From NCBI GenBank assembly GCA_036520275.1, contig DATDJX010000444.1:1-56871 (forward strand): 56,871 bases of DNA, read 5' to 3'. Below, piece by piece: positions 12,010-21,783 of the stretch. The position numbers and the translations under genes are program-made. The notes below the pieces were generated by a model. It saw only the letters and a program-made list of their open reading frames with translations, had not been told where the DNA came from and made no database searches. The first letter of the stretch is position 1. Each line of letters opens with the position of its first letter. The DNA comes from Asanoa sp. (GTDB lineage Bacteria; Actinomycetota; Actinomycetes; Mycobacteriales; Micromonosporaceae).

Positions 12010-13125
12010 GTGAAGGTCGGAATCCCACGCGAGGTGAAGAACCACGAATACCGCGTGGCGATCACGCCGGCGGGGGTCCATGAGTTCACCCGCAACGGTC
12101 ACGGGGTCTACCTCGAGGCCGGCGCCGGGCTCGGCTCCTCGATCACCGACGAGGAGTTCGTCGCCGCGGGCGCGATGATCCTGCCCACCGCCGACGACGT
12201 GTGGGGCACCGCCGAGCTCGTGCTCAAGGTCAAGGAGCCGATCGCCGAGGAGTACGGGCGGATGCGCGAGGGACAGGTGCTGTTCACCTACCTGCACCTG
12301 GCCGCCTCCAAGGAGTGTACGGACGCGCTGATCGACCGCAAGGTCACCGGCATCGCGTACGAGACCGTCGAGACCGCGGACAAGGCACTGCCGCTGCTCG
12401 CGCCGATGTCGGAGGTCGCCGGCCGGCTCGCGCCGATGGTCGGCGCCTACCACCTGATGCGCCAGGGCGGCGGCCGCGGCGTGCTGATGGGCGGCGTCTC
12501 CGGCGTCTACGCGGCCAAGACGGTGGTCATCGGGGCCGGCGTCTCCGGCATGAACGCGGCGGCGATCGCGCTGGGCATGCAGGCCGAGGTGCTGCTGCTG
12601 GACCGCAACATCAACAAGCTGCGCCAGGCCGACGCGATCTACCAGGGCCACCTGCAGACGATCGCCTCCAATGCGTACGAGGTCGAGCGCGCGGTGCTCG
12701 ACGCCGACCTGGTGATCGGCGCGGTCCTCGTGCCCGGCGCCAAGGCGCCGACGCTGATCACCAACGAGCAGGTGTCGCGGATGAAGCCGGGCAGCGTGCT
12801 CGTCGACATCTCCATCGACCAGGGCGGCTGCTTCGAGGACTCCCGGCCGACCACGCACGCCGACCCGACGTACAAGGTGCACGACTCGCTTTTCTACTGC
12901 GTAGCCAACATGCCCGGCGCGGTGCCGCACACCAGCACGTACGCCCTGACGAACGTGACCCTGCCGTACGCCCTGGAACTGGCCTCGCACGGCTGGCGCG
13001 ACGCCATGCGCCGCGACCCGGCGCTCGCGCTCGGCCTCAATACCTACGACGGACACGTCACGTACGGGCCGGTGGCCGAGGCGCACGGCATGGCGCACGT
13101 CCCGCTGTCCTCCGTGCTGAACTGA
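12010..13125 (+). CDS. ald: Alanine dehydrogenase
   Basis: [50 protein letters not shown]; RBS AGGAGAGG. Confidence 0.97.
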   Translation: MKVGIPREVKNHEYRVAITPAGVHEFTRNGHGVYLEAGAGLGSSITDEEFVAAGAMILPTADDVWGTAELVLKVKEPIAEEYGRMREGQVLFTYLHLAASKECTDALIDRKVTGIAYETVETADKALPLLAPMSEVAGRLAPMVGAYHLMRQGGGRGVLMGGVSGVYAAKTVVIGAGVSGMNAAAIALGMQAEVLLLDRNINKLRQADAIYQGHLQTIASNAYEVERAVLDADLVIGAVLVPGAKAPTLITNEQVSRMKPGSVLVDISIDQGGCFEDSRPTTHADPTYKVHDSLFYCVANMPGAVPHTSTYALTNVTLPYALELASHGWRDAMRRDPALALGLNTYDGHVTYGPVAEAHGMAHVPLSSVLN

Positions 13126-13158
13126 GGTGGCGCGCTGACCGACGAGCCGGCGCCCGCG

Positions 13159-14079
13159 TTGCGGCGGGTGGTCCGCACCTACCTGGACCACCTCACCGTC
13201 GAGCGCGGGCTGTCCGCGAACACGCTCTCGTCGTACCGGCGTGACCTCGACCGCTACCTCGCCACGCTCGCGGCGGCCGGCGTCGGCGAGCTCCGCGAGG
13301 CCACACCGTCCGACGTGGCCGGGCACGTCGCGGTGCTGCGAGCCGGCGACGAGGAGCACCCGCCGCTGGCGGCGGCGTCCGCGGCCCGCGCCGCCTCCGC
13401 CGTGCGCGGGCTGCACCGGTTCGCCGTACGCGAAGGGCTGGCGGCGGCCGACGTCTCCCGGGACGTCCGGCCGCCGAAGCTGTCCCGCCGGCTGCCCAAG
13501 GCGCTCGACGTGACGGAGGTGACCCGGCTGATCGAAGCCGTGTCCGGCGGCTCGCCGCTGGAGCTGCGGGACCGGGCGCTGCTCGAGTTCCTCTACGGCA
13601 CGGGCGCGCGGATCTCCGAGGCGGTGGGCGCGGCGATCGACGACCTGGACCTTGCGGACGGGTCGGCGGTGTTGCACGGCAAGGGCGGCCGGACCCGGCT
13701 CGTACCGCTCGGGGGGTACGCGGTTACCGCGCTCGACGCGTATCTGGTGCGGGGCCGTCCGGCCCTCGTCGTGGCCGGTCGCGGCTCGCCGGCGGTGTTC
13801 CTCAACGCGCGGGGCGATGCGCTGTCGCGGCAGTCGGCGTGGACCGTCCTGCACCGGGCCGCCGGCGCCGCCGGCCTGCCGGTCGAGGGCCCGCGCGCGG
13901 TGTCGCCCCATACGCTGCGCCACTCGTACGCTACGCACCTGCTCGACGGCGGCGCCGACGTACGGGTGGTGCAGGAGCTGCTCGGGCACGCGTCGGTGAG
14001 CACGACTCAGGTCTATACGCTGGTGACGGTGGAGCGGCTGCGTGAGGTGTACGCGACGTCGCATCCGCGGGCCCGCTGA
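13159..14079 (+). CDS. xerD: Chromosomal site-specific tyrosine recombinase XerD
   Basis: [38 protein letters not shown]; conserved locus; start may be CTG 13135. Confidence 0.93.
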   Translation: MRRVVRTYLDHLTVERGLSANTLSSYRRDLDRYLATLAAAGVGELREATPSDVAGHVAVLRAGDEEHPPLAAASAARAASAVRGLHRFAVREGLAAADVSRDVRPPKLSRRLPKALDVTEVTRLIEAVSGGSPLELRDRALLEFLYGTGARISEAVGAAIDDLDLADGSAVLHGKGGRTRLVPLGGYAVTALDAYLVRGRPALVVAGRGSPAVFLNARGDALSRQSAWTVLHRAAGAAGLPVEGPRAVSPHTLRHSYATHLLDGGADVRVVQELLGHASVSTTQVYTLVTVERLREVYATSHPRAR

Positions 14080-14119
14080 GGGCGTGTGACCGGCGTGCCC
14101 GGTGGGTAAGGCCGATCGT

Positions 14120-14539
14120 ATGGACGCGGTACGGGTGCGGTTCGACCACGATGTGTCCATGGCGGTGGTCCGACAGGCGACCCGCGACGCCCTCGACGCT
14201 TGGCACGCCCCGCAGATCGTCGACGACACGCTCGTGGTGGTGACCGAGCTGGTCGCCAACGTCAGGCAGCACACCGCGGACGGCGGCGAGCTGACCCTGA
14301 CATTGCAGCCGGACGTGATCCTGGTCGAGGTCGCCGACACCAGCCCCGAGAAGCCGCAGCTGCGTCCGCGCGACAGCCACCGCGTCGGCGGCCGGGGAAT
14401 GCAACTCGTCGCCGCCCTGGCGCGCCGGTGGGGCGCCCGGGCGGCGTCGTTGACCGGCCGGGCGGGCAAGGTGGTGTGGGCGGAGCTGGCGCTGCGACCG
14501 GGCCGCATGACCGCTGCGGCCGGGCGGGGTGTCGGGTAA
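14120..14539 (+). CDS. Stand-alone HATPase_c (RsbW/anti-sigma-like) ATP-binding protein
   Basis: TELVANVRQH, EVADTS, GGRGMQLV, GKVVWAEL. Confidence 0.85.
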   Translation: MDAVRVRFDHDVSMAVVRQATRDALDAWHAPQIVDDTLVVVTELVANVRQHTADGGELTLTLQPDVILVEVADTSPEKPQLRPRDSHRVGGRGMQLVAALARRWGARAASLTGRAGKVVWAELALRPGRMTAAAGRGVG

Positions 14540-14549
14540 GACTGGGCGA

Positions 14550-14732
14550 ATGGTGCAGCCAGCGGAAGACCCGGATAGCTACCCGCCGATCGACCCGACG
14601 GCACCGGTCCCGGACGATCCGGGCGAGCTCCTGCCGGACACGCCGGAGACGCTGCCCCCGGCTCCCGTCGAGCCGTCTCCCCGGCCGGATGACCCCGACG
14701 ATCCCGACGACGGCGTGCGCGAGCCGGCGTAG
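14550..14732 (+). CDS. Small Pro/Asp-rich hypothetical protein (60 aa)
   Basis: ATG-started ORF with genome-like codon usage, preceded by GGGTAA. Confidence 0.55.
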   Translation: MVQPAEDPDSYPPIDPTAPVPDDPGELLPDTPETLPPAPVEPSPRPDDPDDPDDGVREPA

Positions 14733-14957
14733 CCGTGGCGTTAGCGGGCGAATAGCCGGATTGTCTCATTTGATGGTGTTTGTCGGTGACGACATCCTTA
14801 GGGCGGCTACCGGCTAACGATCAGTCGTGGCGGCGTCGGGTTTGTTTTATTCGGCATGCGGCTTTCGCCCGTTGAAAAATTCGGACAGATCACGCCTTCA
14901 CTCAGTGCCGATGCGATAAGGCGCGTCGAGCCCGCGCGCGGTGGGAACCCTATCCAG

Positions 14958-15623
14958 GTGGACTCGATATCCGTTCTGGTTGTCGATGACCATGCGGTCT
15001 TCGCGGACGCGCTGCAAGCCCGCTTGTCCGCCGAGCCCGACCTCGAGCCCGTCCTGGTGGCGTACGAGGGCGCGCAAGCCCGGTCCCAGGTCAGCCGCAC
15101 GCGGCCCGCGGTCGTGCTGCTCGACCTGCTGCTCGGCCACGGCGAGGGCGGCCTGGAGGTGGCGAAATCCATCCGCGAGGTCTCGCCGGAGAGCCGGATC
15201 GTCGTGCTGACGGCGCTCGACTCGGTCCCGTACGTCGTGGCCGGCCTGCAGCGCGGCGTCCGCGGGTGGTTGCCGAAGACGGTCGCCGCCGAGCACCTTG
15301 TCCGGGTGATCCGTGGCGTCCACGCCGGTGAGGCGTGGCTTTCCCCGGACCTGCTCGGCCGCGTCCTGGAGGACCTGGCGGTGCCGAGCACGGCCGCCGC
15401 TGCTCCGATCGCCCGGTTGACCACCCAGGAACGCAAGGTCCTTCAGTATCTGGTGGACGGCTTGAGCCGCCGGGAGATCGCCCAGCGGATGAACCTTTCG
15501 GTGAACACCGTGCGCACCCACGTGCAGAAGGTCATCACCAAGCTGGGCAGCCACTCGAGCCTCGAGGCCGTGGCGTTGGCACTCCGGTACGGGCTGCGGG
15601 GGACCGGCCCTGAACGGGTCTAG
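14958..15623 (+). CDS. NarL/LuxR-family response regulator
   Basis: VLVVDDH, LLDL, VLT and LPK receiver residues; LTTQER...TVRTHV HTH. Confidence 0.9.
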   Translation: MDSISVLVVDDHAVFADALQARLSAEPDLEPVLVAYEGAQARSQVSRTRPAVVLLDLLLGHGEGGLEVAKSIREVSPESRIVVLTALDSVPYVVAGLQRGVRGWLPKTVAAEHLVRVIRGVHAGEAWLSPDLLGRVLEDLAVPSTAAAAPIARLTTQERKVLQYLVDGLSRREIAQRMNLSVNTVRTHVQKVITKLGSHSSLEAVALALRYGLRGTGPERV

Positions 15624-15750
15624 TGCGAACTGCGTAGTTGCTCTACGTCAACGGTTCGTTACACACGACCATGCTCGCTGTCAGCGTGTGCTGTGCGGCA
15701 CCTGAAGTCGAACCCACGATGCCCGGTGCCTCAAGCTAACGGAGTCGAGC

Positions 15751-16635
15751 ATGAAGATGACGCCTACCGTCCTCGGTCCGAACATCGACGGTGCCGCTCT
15801 CGTCCTGAAGCGGCCCCCCGACATCGTCAACGGCCACGCGCCCGCACGCCGGGACACCGTGGCGGCCATCATCCCGGCCATGAACGAGCAGCGGAACATC
15901 CGCTGGGTCCTGGAACGCCTCCCCGCCATCGTCGACGAGGTCATACTCATCGATGGCAACTCCACGGACGGCACCGTGGAGACGGCCCGCGCGGCCCGCC
16001 CGGACATCGTCGTGGTGATGCAGAACGGCCGCGGAAAGGGCGCGGCACTGCGGGCGGGGTTCGCGGCGGCGACCAGCGACATCGTTGTGATGCTCGACGC
16101 CGACGGCAGCATGCACCCCCACGAGATCAACCGCTTCGTGACACCCCTCATGAACGGGTACGACGTGGTGAAGGGCTCCCGGTTCCTCTCCGGCGGCGGA
16201 TCCACCGACTTCACCCCGCTTCGCCGCCTCGGCAACCAGGCGTTCGTCCGGATGACGAACGGGATGTTCCTGGTCCGCTTCACCGACCTCTGCTACGGCT
16301 ACTGTTCGTTCCGCCGCGAGTGCCTCCCCGCGCTCGCCCTCACCGCCCACGGGTTCGACATCGAGGCGGAGCTCATCGTGCATGCGCTCAAGGCGAACCT
16401 GCGCATCGCCGAGGTGCCCAGCATGGAGCTTCCCCGCCGGCACGGCGCGTCGAACCTGCACACCTTCCGCGACGGCCGTCGCGTGCTCCGAACGCTGGTC
16501 CGAGAGCGGGTCACCCGCCATCCCCGCCCGGTCGTCGACCCCATCGACCAGCGGGCGCTCGATCGGTGGCACGCCTCCGCCGAGGGCCTCGCCGGCCAGC
16601 TGCCGCACGAGCTCGCTCCGGCGCCGGCGGGCTGA
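15751..16635 (+). CDS. GT2 glycosyltransferase, polyprenol-phosphate-sugar synthase (DPM-like)
   Basis: IPAMNE, IDGNSTDGT, GKGAAL, LDADGS, KGSRF, TDLCYGY, FDIEAE. Confidence 0.88.
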   Translation: MKMTPTVLGPNIDGAALVLKRPPDIVNGHAPARRDTVAAIIPAMNEQRNIRWVLERLPAIVDEVILIDGNSTDGTVETARAARPDIVVVMQNGRGKGAALRAGFAAATSDIVVMLDADGSMHPHEINRFVTPLMNGYDVVKGSRFLSGGGSTDFTPLRRLGNQAFVRMTNGMFLVRFTDLCYGYCSFRRECLPALALTAHGFDIEAELIVHALKANLRIAEVPSMELPRRHGASNLHTFRDGRRVLRTLVRERVTRHPRPVVDPIDQRALDRWHASAEGLAGQLPHELAPAPAG

Positions 16636-16636
16636 C

Positions 16637-17947
16637 ATGCGACCGGCACACCGGCGCACCGCGGCCGCGCGATCCCGCCGCGCGCTCCTGGCCGCCGTGC
16701 TCACGCTGACCATGGCGGCGTCGTGGCAGGCGCTGCCCACCACGCCGGCCGCCGCCGGCACCGACATCGGATACGCCGGTCCTTCGACGGCGGGCGACGG
16801 TTCCGCGGCCACCGGCGAGAAGCCGCAGAGCAAGCTGTGGTGGAACGACGGCTCGTGGTGGTCGATCCTGTTCGACGCCGGCAGCCAGACACACCACGTG
16901 TTCCGGCTGGACCGTGTCACCCAACAGTGGGTGGACACCGGAACGATGGTCGACAACCGGCCCAAGACCCGCTCCGACGCACTGTGGGACGGCACCAAGC
17001 TCTACGTCGCGTCGCACTGGCGGGCCGGCTCCTCGACCGCCGCTGTCACGGGGAACCCCGCCCGGCTCTATCGGCTGAGCTACGACCCGGTGACCCGTGC
17101 CTACACCCGCGACGCCGGGTTCCCCGTACCGATCACGCCGTATTCCATGGAGACCCTCACCCTCGACAAGGACGGCACCGGCGCTCTGTGGGCGACCTGG
17201 ACCCAGGGCGCGAAGGTCTACGTGAACCGGACCGGTGGCAACGACGCGGTGTGGGGGACGCCATTCGCGCTGCCGGCGAGCGGCGCTGCGTCGCTGGACC
17301 CGGACGACATCTCCGCCGTCGTCGCCTTCGGATCGAGGATCGGCGTGATGTGGAGCAACCAGGTCGTCTCCGCGATGTACTTCGCGGCCCACGACGACGG
17401 TGCCCCCGCCGACGACTGGGACGTGAGCCGCACCGCGATCCAGGGGCCGAAGAGCTCCGACGACCACATCAGCCTCAAGTCCTTGCAGGCCGACCCCTCC
17501 GGCCGCGTCTTCGCAGCAGTCAAGACGAGCATGGACGACGCCACCTCCAGCACGTCCGCACCGCAGATCCTGCTGCTGTCCCGCGACCCGGCGACCGGTG
17601 ACTGGGTCAGCGCGAGGTTCGGCCGGGTGAGCGACTGCCATACCCGCCCGATCGTCATGCTGGACTGGGAGCACCAGATGGTGTACGTGTTCGCGACGGC
17701 CCCGAACACCGGATGTCCCTATTCCGGCTACCCGGGAACCATCTTCATGAAGAGCTCCCCGATGAGCGACCTGTCCTTTGTGGATGGACGCGGTACGCCG
17801 CTGATCAGGGACTCCGCCTCGCCGAACCTCAACAACGTGACCTCCACCAAGCAGAGCGTGACCAGCCAGACCGGGTTGGTCGTGCTGGCCAGCAACGACG
17901 TCACCCAGCGCTACTGGCATGCCGACCTGAGCCTGAGTACGCCATGA
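16637..17947 (+). CDS. Secreted (probably Tat) Trp-rich protein, beta-propeller/BNR-like
   Basis: SRRALL twin-arginine-type signal; TGEKPQSKLWW; repeated beta-strand/W-x-x-W blades. Confidence 0.6.
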   Translation: MRPAHRRTAAARSRRALLAAVLTLTMAASWQALPTTPAAAGTDIGYAGPSTAGDGSAATGEKPQSKLWWNDGSWWSILFDAGSQTHHVFRLDRVTQQWVDTGTMVDNRPKTRSDALWDGTKLYVASHWRAGSSTAAVTGNPARLYRLSYDPVTRAYTRDAGFPVPITPYSMETLTLDKDGTGALWATWTQGAKVYVNRTGGNDAVWGTPFALPASGAASLDPDDISAVVAFGSRIGVMWSNQVVSAMYFAAHDDGAPADDWDVSRTAIQGPKSSDDHISLKSLQADPSGRVFAAVKTSMDDATSSTSAPQILLLSRDPATGDWVSARFGRVSDCHTRPIVMLDWEHQMVYVFATAPNTGCPYSGYPGTIFMKSSPMSDLSFVDGRGTPLIRDSASPNLNNVTSTKQSVTSQTGLVVLASNDVTQRYWHADLSLSTP

Positions 17948-19029
17948 GCACCGCGGCCATCCGCCACGCCACCGGCGCGGCCGGGGCCGTCAGCCCGGTT
18001 CCGGTCGACGCGTGGAACGAGGTGTTCGCCTCCGCGCCGGACGCGCTGCCCAGCCAGGCGCGCCCGTGGCTGCGGTGCGTGTGCGCCGTGGACGGCTACG
18101 AGGACGCGTCGCGCCTGTACCACGCGCCCGACGGGCGGCGCCTCGTGCTGCCGCTCGTCCGTGGGCGGGCGCTGGGCCCCGTCCTGTCGGCGCGTGCGGC
18201 CCTGCCCGCCGGGTGGGGCCCCGGCGGCCTGCTGGGGGAGGGTGGCCTCACGCGGCCGGACGACATCGCGATGGTGGTCGCCGACCTCGCGAGTCTGGGC
18301 GCGCTCACCATCCGCCTGCGTCCCGACCCCTCCGCGGTGCGGGTGTGGGAGGACGGGATGCCTGCGGGCGTCGTCCGCGAGCCGGCGATGGCCCAGACCC
18401 TGTCTCTGGAGGGCGGGTTCGACACCGTGTGGCGGAGGCGTTTCCGCCGCGACACCCGCAACCGGGTGCGGCGAGCGGAACGCGCCGAGGTTACCGTCGA
18501 ATGCGACGACGGGGATCGCCTCGTGCCGGTCTTCCACCGCCTCTACGCCATGTCCGTCCTGCGGTGGGCGCGTCGCGACGGGGACCCGCCGGCGCTCGCG
18601 CGATGGCGGGCGGCGCGGCGCGAACCCGACCGCAAGCTGTGCACGGTGGCCTCCGCGGGCGACACCGGGTGCCGCGTCTACGCCGCCTTCCGCCACGGCC
18701 GCCCCCTCGCCGCGATCGTCGTGCTCTTCGCCCCGGGCGCGGCCGCCTACTGGCGGGGGGCGATGGACGAGGACCTCGCCGGGCCGGTCCACGCCAACTA
18801 CCTGTTGCACCGCGTCGCCATCGAGGATGCCGCGGCGGCCGGGTGCGGCGCGTACCACATGGGCGACTCGGCGCCGGGCTCGTCACTGGCCTTGTTCAAG
18901 AGCCGGTTCGGCGCCGTCGAGCAGCACTACTCCGTCTACCGGATCGAGCGCGCGCCGCTGTCCAAGCTGCGCGGCACGGCGCGCGGCACGGTTCGGCTCC
19001 TGCGGACCATGAGCCGGAGTGGGCGGTAG
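17944..19029 (+). CDS. GNAT acyltransferase (FemAB/CelD-BcsL-like)
   Basis: RNRVRRAER, AYWRGA, ANYLLH, LALFKSRFGA; ATGA-coupled. Confidence 0.8.
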   Translation: MSTAAIRHATGAAGAVSPVPVDAWNEVFASAPDALPSQARPWLRCVCAVDGYEDASRLYHAPDGRRLVLPLVRGRALGPVLSARAALPAGWGPGGLLGEGGLTRPDDIAMVVADLASLGALTIRLRPDPSAVRVWEDGMPAGVVREPAMAQTLSLEGGFDTVWRRRFRRDTRNRVRRAERAEVTVECDDGDRLVPVFHRLYAMSVLRWARRDGDPPALARWRAARREPDRKLCTVASAGDTGCRVYAAFRHGRPLAAIVVLFAPGAAAYWRGAMDEDLAGPVHANYLLHRVAIEDAAAAGCGAYHMGDSAPGSSLALFKSRFGAVEQHYSVYRIERAPLSKLRGTARGTVRLLRTMSRSGR

Positions 19030-19032
19030 CGC

Positions 19033-20496
19033 ATGAGCCCGTCCGCCACACCGGCCGCCGTCCGCTGGACGGTCGCCGTCGCGCTCGCCGGCACGGCCTT
19101 GTTGGCCGCCGTCGGCATCGTCGCGCCGGCCGGTTCCGCCGGAGATTCACCGGGCGTGGTACAGGCGCCCCGGGGCGGCGGCTATCCCTGGCAGGACGCG
19201 CGGCCGCTGCGTACCCACCGCGACCGGCTCGACGTCGGCGTGACGCACACCCAGTACTCGCTGGACCCGTGGGGCAGCGCCAAGGCGCTCGGCGTGGCGC
19301 GGACGGTGTTGACCGCGACGGCGACCTACCAGAACCAGCACATCTTCGGGTGGGGGACGTTGAACCCGGAACCCAGCCCGGGTGTGTACGACTGGTCGTC
19401 GCTGGACCGCCGGATGGCGCTCATCCGGTCCACGGGCGGCATACCGGTGCTGACCCTGTGTTGCGCGCCGGACTGGATGAAGGGTGGGCGGGCCGGCGAG
19501 ACCGACTGGAACCGCCTTCACGAGGCACCTCGACCGGAGCACTACCCGGACTTCGCCGCGCTGGCCGTCGCGGTCGCCCGTCGCTATCCGGACGTACGGC
19601 ACTTCGTGGTGTGGAACGAGCTCAAGGGCTTTTGGGACGACACCCGGAACCGGTGGGACTACGAGTCGTACACGATCTTCTACAACACGGTGTACGACGC
19701 GCTCAAGGCTTACGACCGGACACTGGCGGTCGGCGGGCCGTACGTGGTGGTCGACACGTGGGCGGACCGCGAGGCCGGGGGCCGGCCGTCGACCCTGTCC
19801 GGCGAATGCGGCACGGTCGACCGGCGCAGCCTCGACGCGCTGGAGTACTGGCTGCTCCACAAGAACGGCGCCGACTTCGTGGCCATCGACGGTGGCGCGG
19901 TGACCCGCGACGGCGGTCCGGTGGCTTCCGGCGTCGTCCAGAGCGCCATCTTCGGCGCCATCACGCGGTGGCTGCGCGAGCGGACGAGGTTGCCGATCTG
20001 GTGGAGCGAGTTCCACATCGGACGCGGTGGACCGGAGGACCAGCCGATGCTGTCGGCCGCGGTCGTTGGCGCGCTGCTGTACATGGTCGAGGAGAAGGCT
20101 TCCGTGGCGCTTTACTGGCAGCCACAGCACCCCGCCGACACGGCAGCCGAGCGCCCGCCGACGCTATGGGGCCCGACGGAGCTGGCCGGCGGCGGGCAAC
20201 CCACCGTCCTCGCCGAAGCCCTGGCCAGGATGCAGCAGCTGCTGGCCGATCCCGCCGACGACCTCGTGTCCTGGCCACTGGAACAGGTGGGGGTCCTGCA
20301 CGGCCGCACGGCGTTGCTCGTCGTGAACACCGGCGGGGCGGCGGCCACCGTGCGGATCCAAGGTCTCCGGCTGCGGCTCGAGCCGTTCGAGCTGCGCTAT
20401 GTCGAGCTGCCCGCCGGCGCGCCGCAGGAGCCGCCGGGATGGTGGCGTCCGGCGGTCGACCTATGCCTGCGCGAACAGCCGCCGCCGGCGGGGTGA
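19033..20496 (+). CDS. Exported clan GH-A (GH39-like) glycoside hydrolase
   Basis: N-terminal signal/TM; YDWSSLD, acid/base VWNE, nucleophile WWSE. Confidence 0.75.
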   Translation: MSPSATPAAVRWTVAVALAGTALLAAVGIVAPAGSAGDSPGVVQAPRGGGYPWQDARPLRTHRDRLDVGVTHTQYSLDPWGSAKALGVARTVLTATATYQNQHIFGWGTLNPEPSPGVYDWSSLDRRMALIRSTGGIPVLTLCCAPDWMKGGRAGETDWNRLHEAPRPEHYPDFAALAVAVARRYPDVRHFVVWNELKGFWDDTRNRWDYESYTIFYNTVYDALKAYDRTLAVGGPYVVVDTWADREAGGRPSTLSGECGTVDRRSLDALEYWLLHKNGADFVAIDGGAVTRDGGPVASGVVQSAIFGAITRWLRERTRLPIWWSEFHIGRGGPEDQPMLSAAVVGALLYMVEEKASVALYWQPQHPADTAAERPPTLWGPTELAGGGQPTVLAEALARMQQLLADPADDLVSWPLEQVGVLHGRTALLVVNTGGAAATVRIQGLRLRLEPFELRYVELPAGAPQEPPGWWRPAVDLCLREQPPPAG

Positions 20497-20508
20497 GGAG
20501 GCACCAAC

Positions 20509-21783
20509 GTGACGGAGGCGATGGTGGTGCAGGCGGGTCCCGACATCCGCCCGCAGCTGGACGCGCGTCCCCTCACCCGTACGGTTCTCGCGGCGCTCGA
20601 CGGCGCCGGCGTGACGTGGTCGCTCGTGCGCGGCAGCTCGGGCGGGGGCGACGTGGACGTCCTCGTCGCGGCCGCGGATCGCACGCGGGCCGCGGGTGTG
20701 CTCGCCGCGCACGGTCTTGTCCGCCTGCGCGGGTACGGCCGCGGCACACACGCGTTCTTCCTCGGCCTGGACGACGCCACCGCCACCTGGGTGGAGTTCG
20801 ACCTGGTCACCGAGGTGAGCTTCGGGCGCCGTGTGGAGTTCCGGACCGCCGCGGCGCCGGCTTGCCTGGCGCGTCGCCGCCGGGTGGACGGCGCCTGGGT
20901 CCTCGCGCCGGGGGACGAGTTCTGGATGCTCTTGCTGCACTGCCTGCTCGACAAGGGCGCCTTCGCCGACCGCCACCTGCGCCGGCTGCGCCGGCTGGCA
21001 TCGGGGGCCTCGCTCGACAGCCCGCTGCGGCGCGCGCTCCCGCCCGCCATCCCGTCACGGACACTGCTGGCGCACGCCCGCTGCGGAGACTGGCGGGCGC
21101 TGGCCGCCACCGGCCCGCGCGTCGCGCGGGCGTGGCGGCGCGCCGCGCCCGCAGCGGTCACGCTCAACCGTGCCGTGGCGGCGGCGTTGCGGGCGGTCGA
21201 GCGACCCCTGCAGGCGTGGAGCCGCCGCGGCGCCGCCGTGGCGCTGCTCGGACCGGACGGCTGCGGCAAATCCACCCTGGCCGCGGGCGTGGCTTCCGCC
21301 TTCTACTTCCCGGTCCGCGGTGTCTACATGGGACTGTGGCCGACCACGGATGCGCCGTCGGGTCGGGTCGCGACCACCCTGCGCGTCGTGCGGCGGCCGT
21401 TCGCCGTCTGGCGGCGCTACCTGGTCGCGCTGCGCCATCGCGCGCTGGGCCGCCTCGTGCTGTTCGACCGTTACGTGTACGACGCCCGGTTGCCCCCGCG
21501 AGGAGGGCTCACCTGGTTGAAGCGCCCCTACTTCGCCGTGCTGAGCCGCTGTTGCCCGGCACCCGATCTCGTCATCCTCCTCGACGCTCCCGGCCACGTG
21601 ATGCACGCCCGGTCGGGGGAGTACGACGCCGACCACCTGGAGGCCGAACGCCGGCAGTACGCGCGCATCGTCGCTACCCTGCCGCGGGTGGCGCGCATCG
21701 ACGCGGACCGGCCGGCCGAGGCGGTCCGCCGCGACGCCGTCGCCCACGTGTGGCGGCTATACCAGGCCAGGAGCCACCGGTGA
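20509..21783 (+). CDS. Nucleotidyltransferase-like domain fused to a thymidylate-kinase-like P-loop domain
   Basis: GDVDVLV and EFDL (pol-beta-type Asp triad); GPDGCGKST, LFDRY, PDLVILLDAP; RBS GAGGAGG. Confidence 0.7.
   Translation: MTEAMVVQAGPDIRPQLDARPLTRTVLAALDGAGVTWSLVRGSSGGGDVDVLVAAADRTRAAGVLAAHGLVRLRGYGRGTHAFFLGLDDATATWVEFDLVTEVSFGRRVEFRTAAAPACLARRRRVDGAWVLAPGDEFWMLLLHCLLDKGAFADRHLRRLRRLASGASLDSPLRRALPPAIPSRTLLAHARCGDWRALAATGPRVARAWRRAAPAAVTLNRAVAAALRAVERPLQAWSRRGAAVALLGPDGCGKSTLAAGVASAFYFPVRGVYMGLWPTTDAPSGRVATTLRVVRRPFAVWRRYLVALRHRALGRLVLFDRYVYDARLPPRGGLTWLKRPYFAVLSRCCPAPDLVILLDAPGHVMHARSGEYDADHLEAERRQYARIVATLPRVARIDADRPAEAVRRDAVAHVWRLYQARSHR

Noticed and set aside
13123-13159. ald stop is in frame with xerD (possible readthrough fusion)
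   Set aside because: One-in-three chance; GAGGTGG provides an RBS for a separate start (CTG 13135 or TTG 13159); no recoding signal seen
13159-14079. Recombinase beside the accessory block as its integrase
   Set aside because: Sequence and synteny identify it as housekeeping XerD
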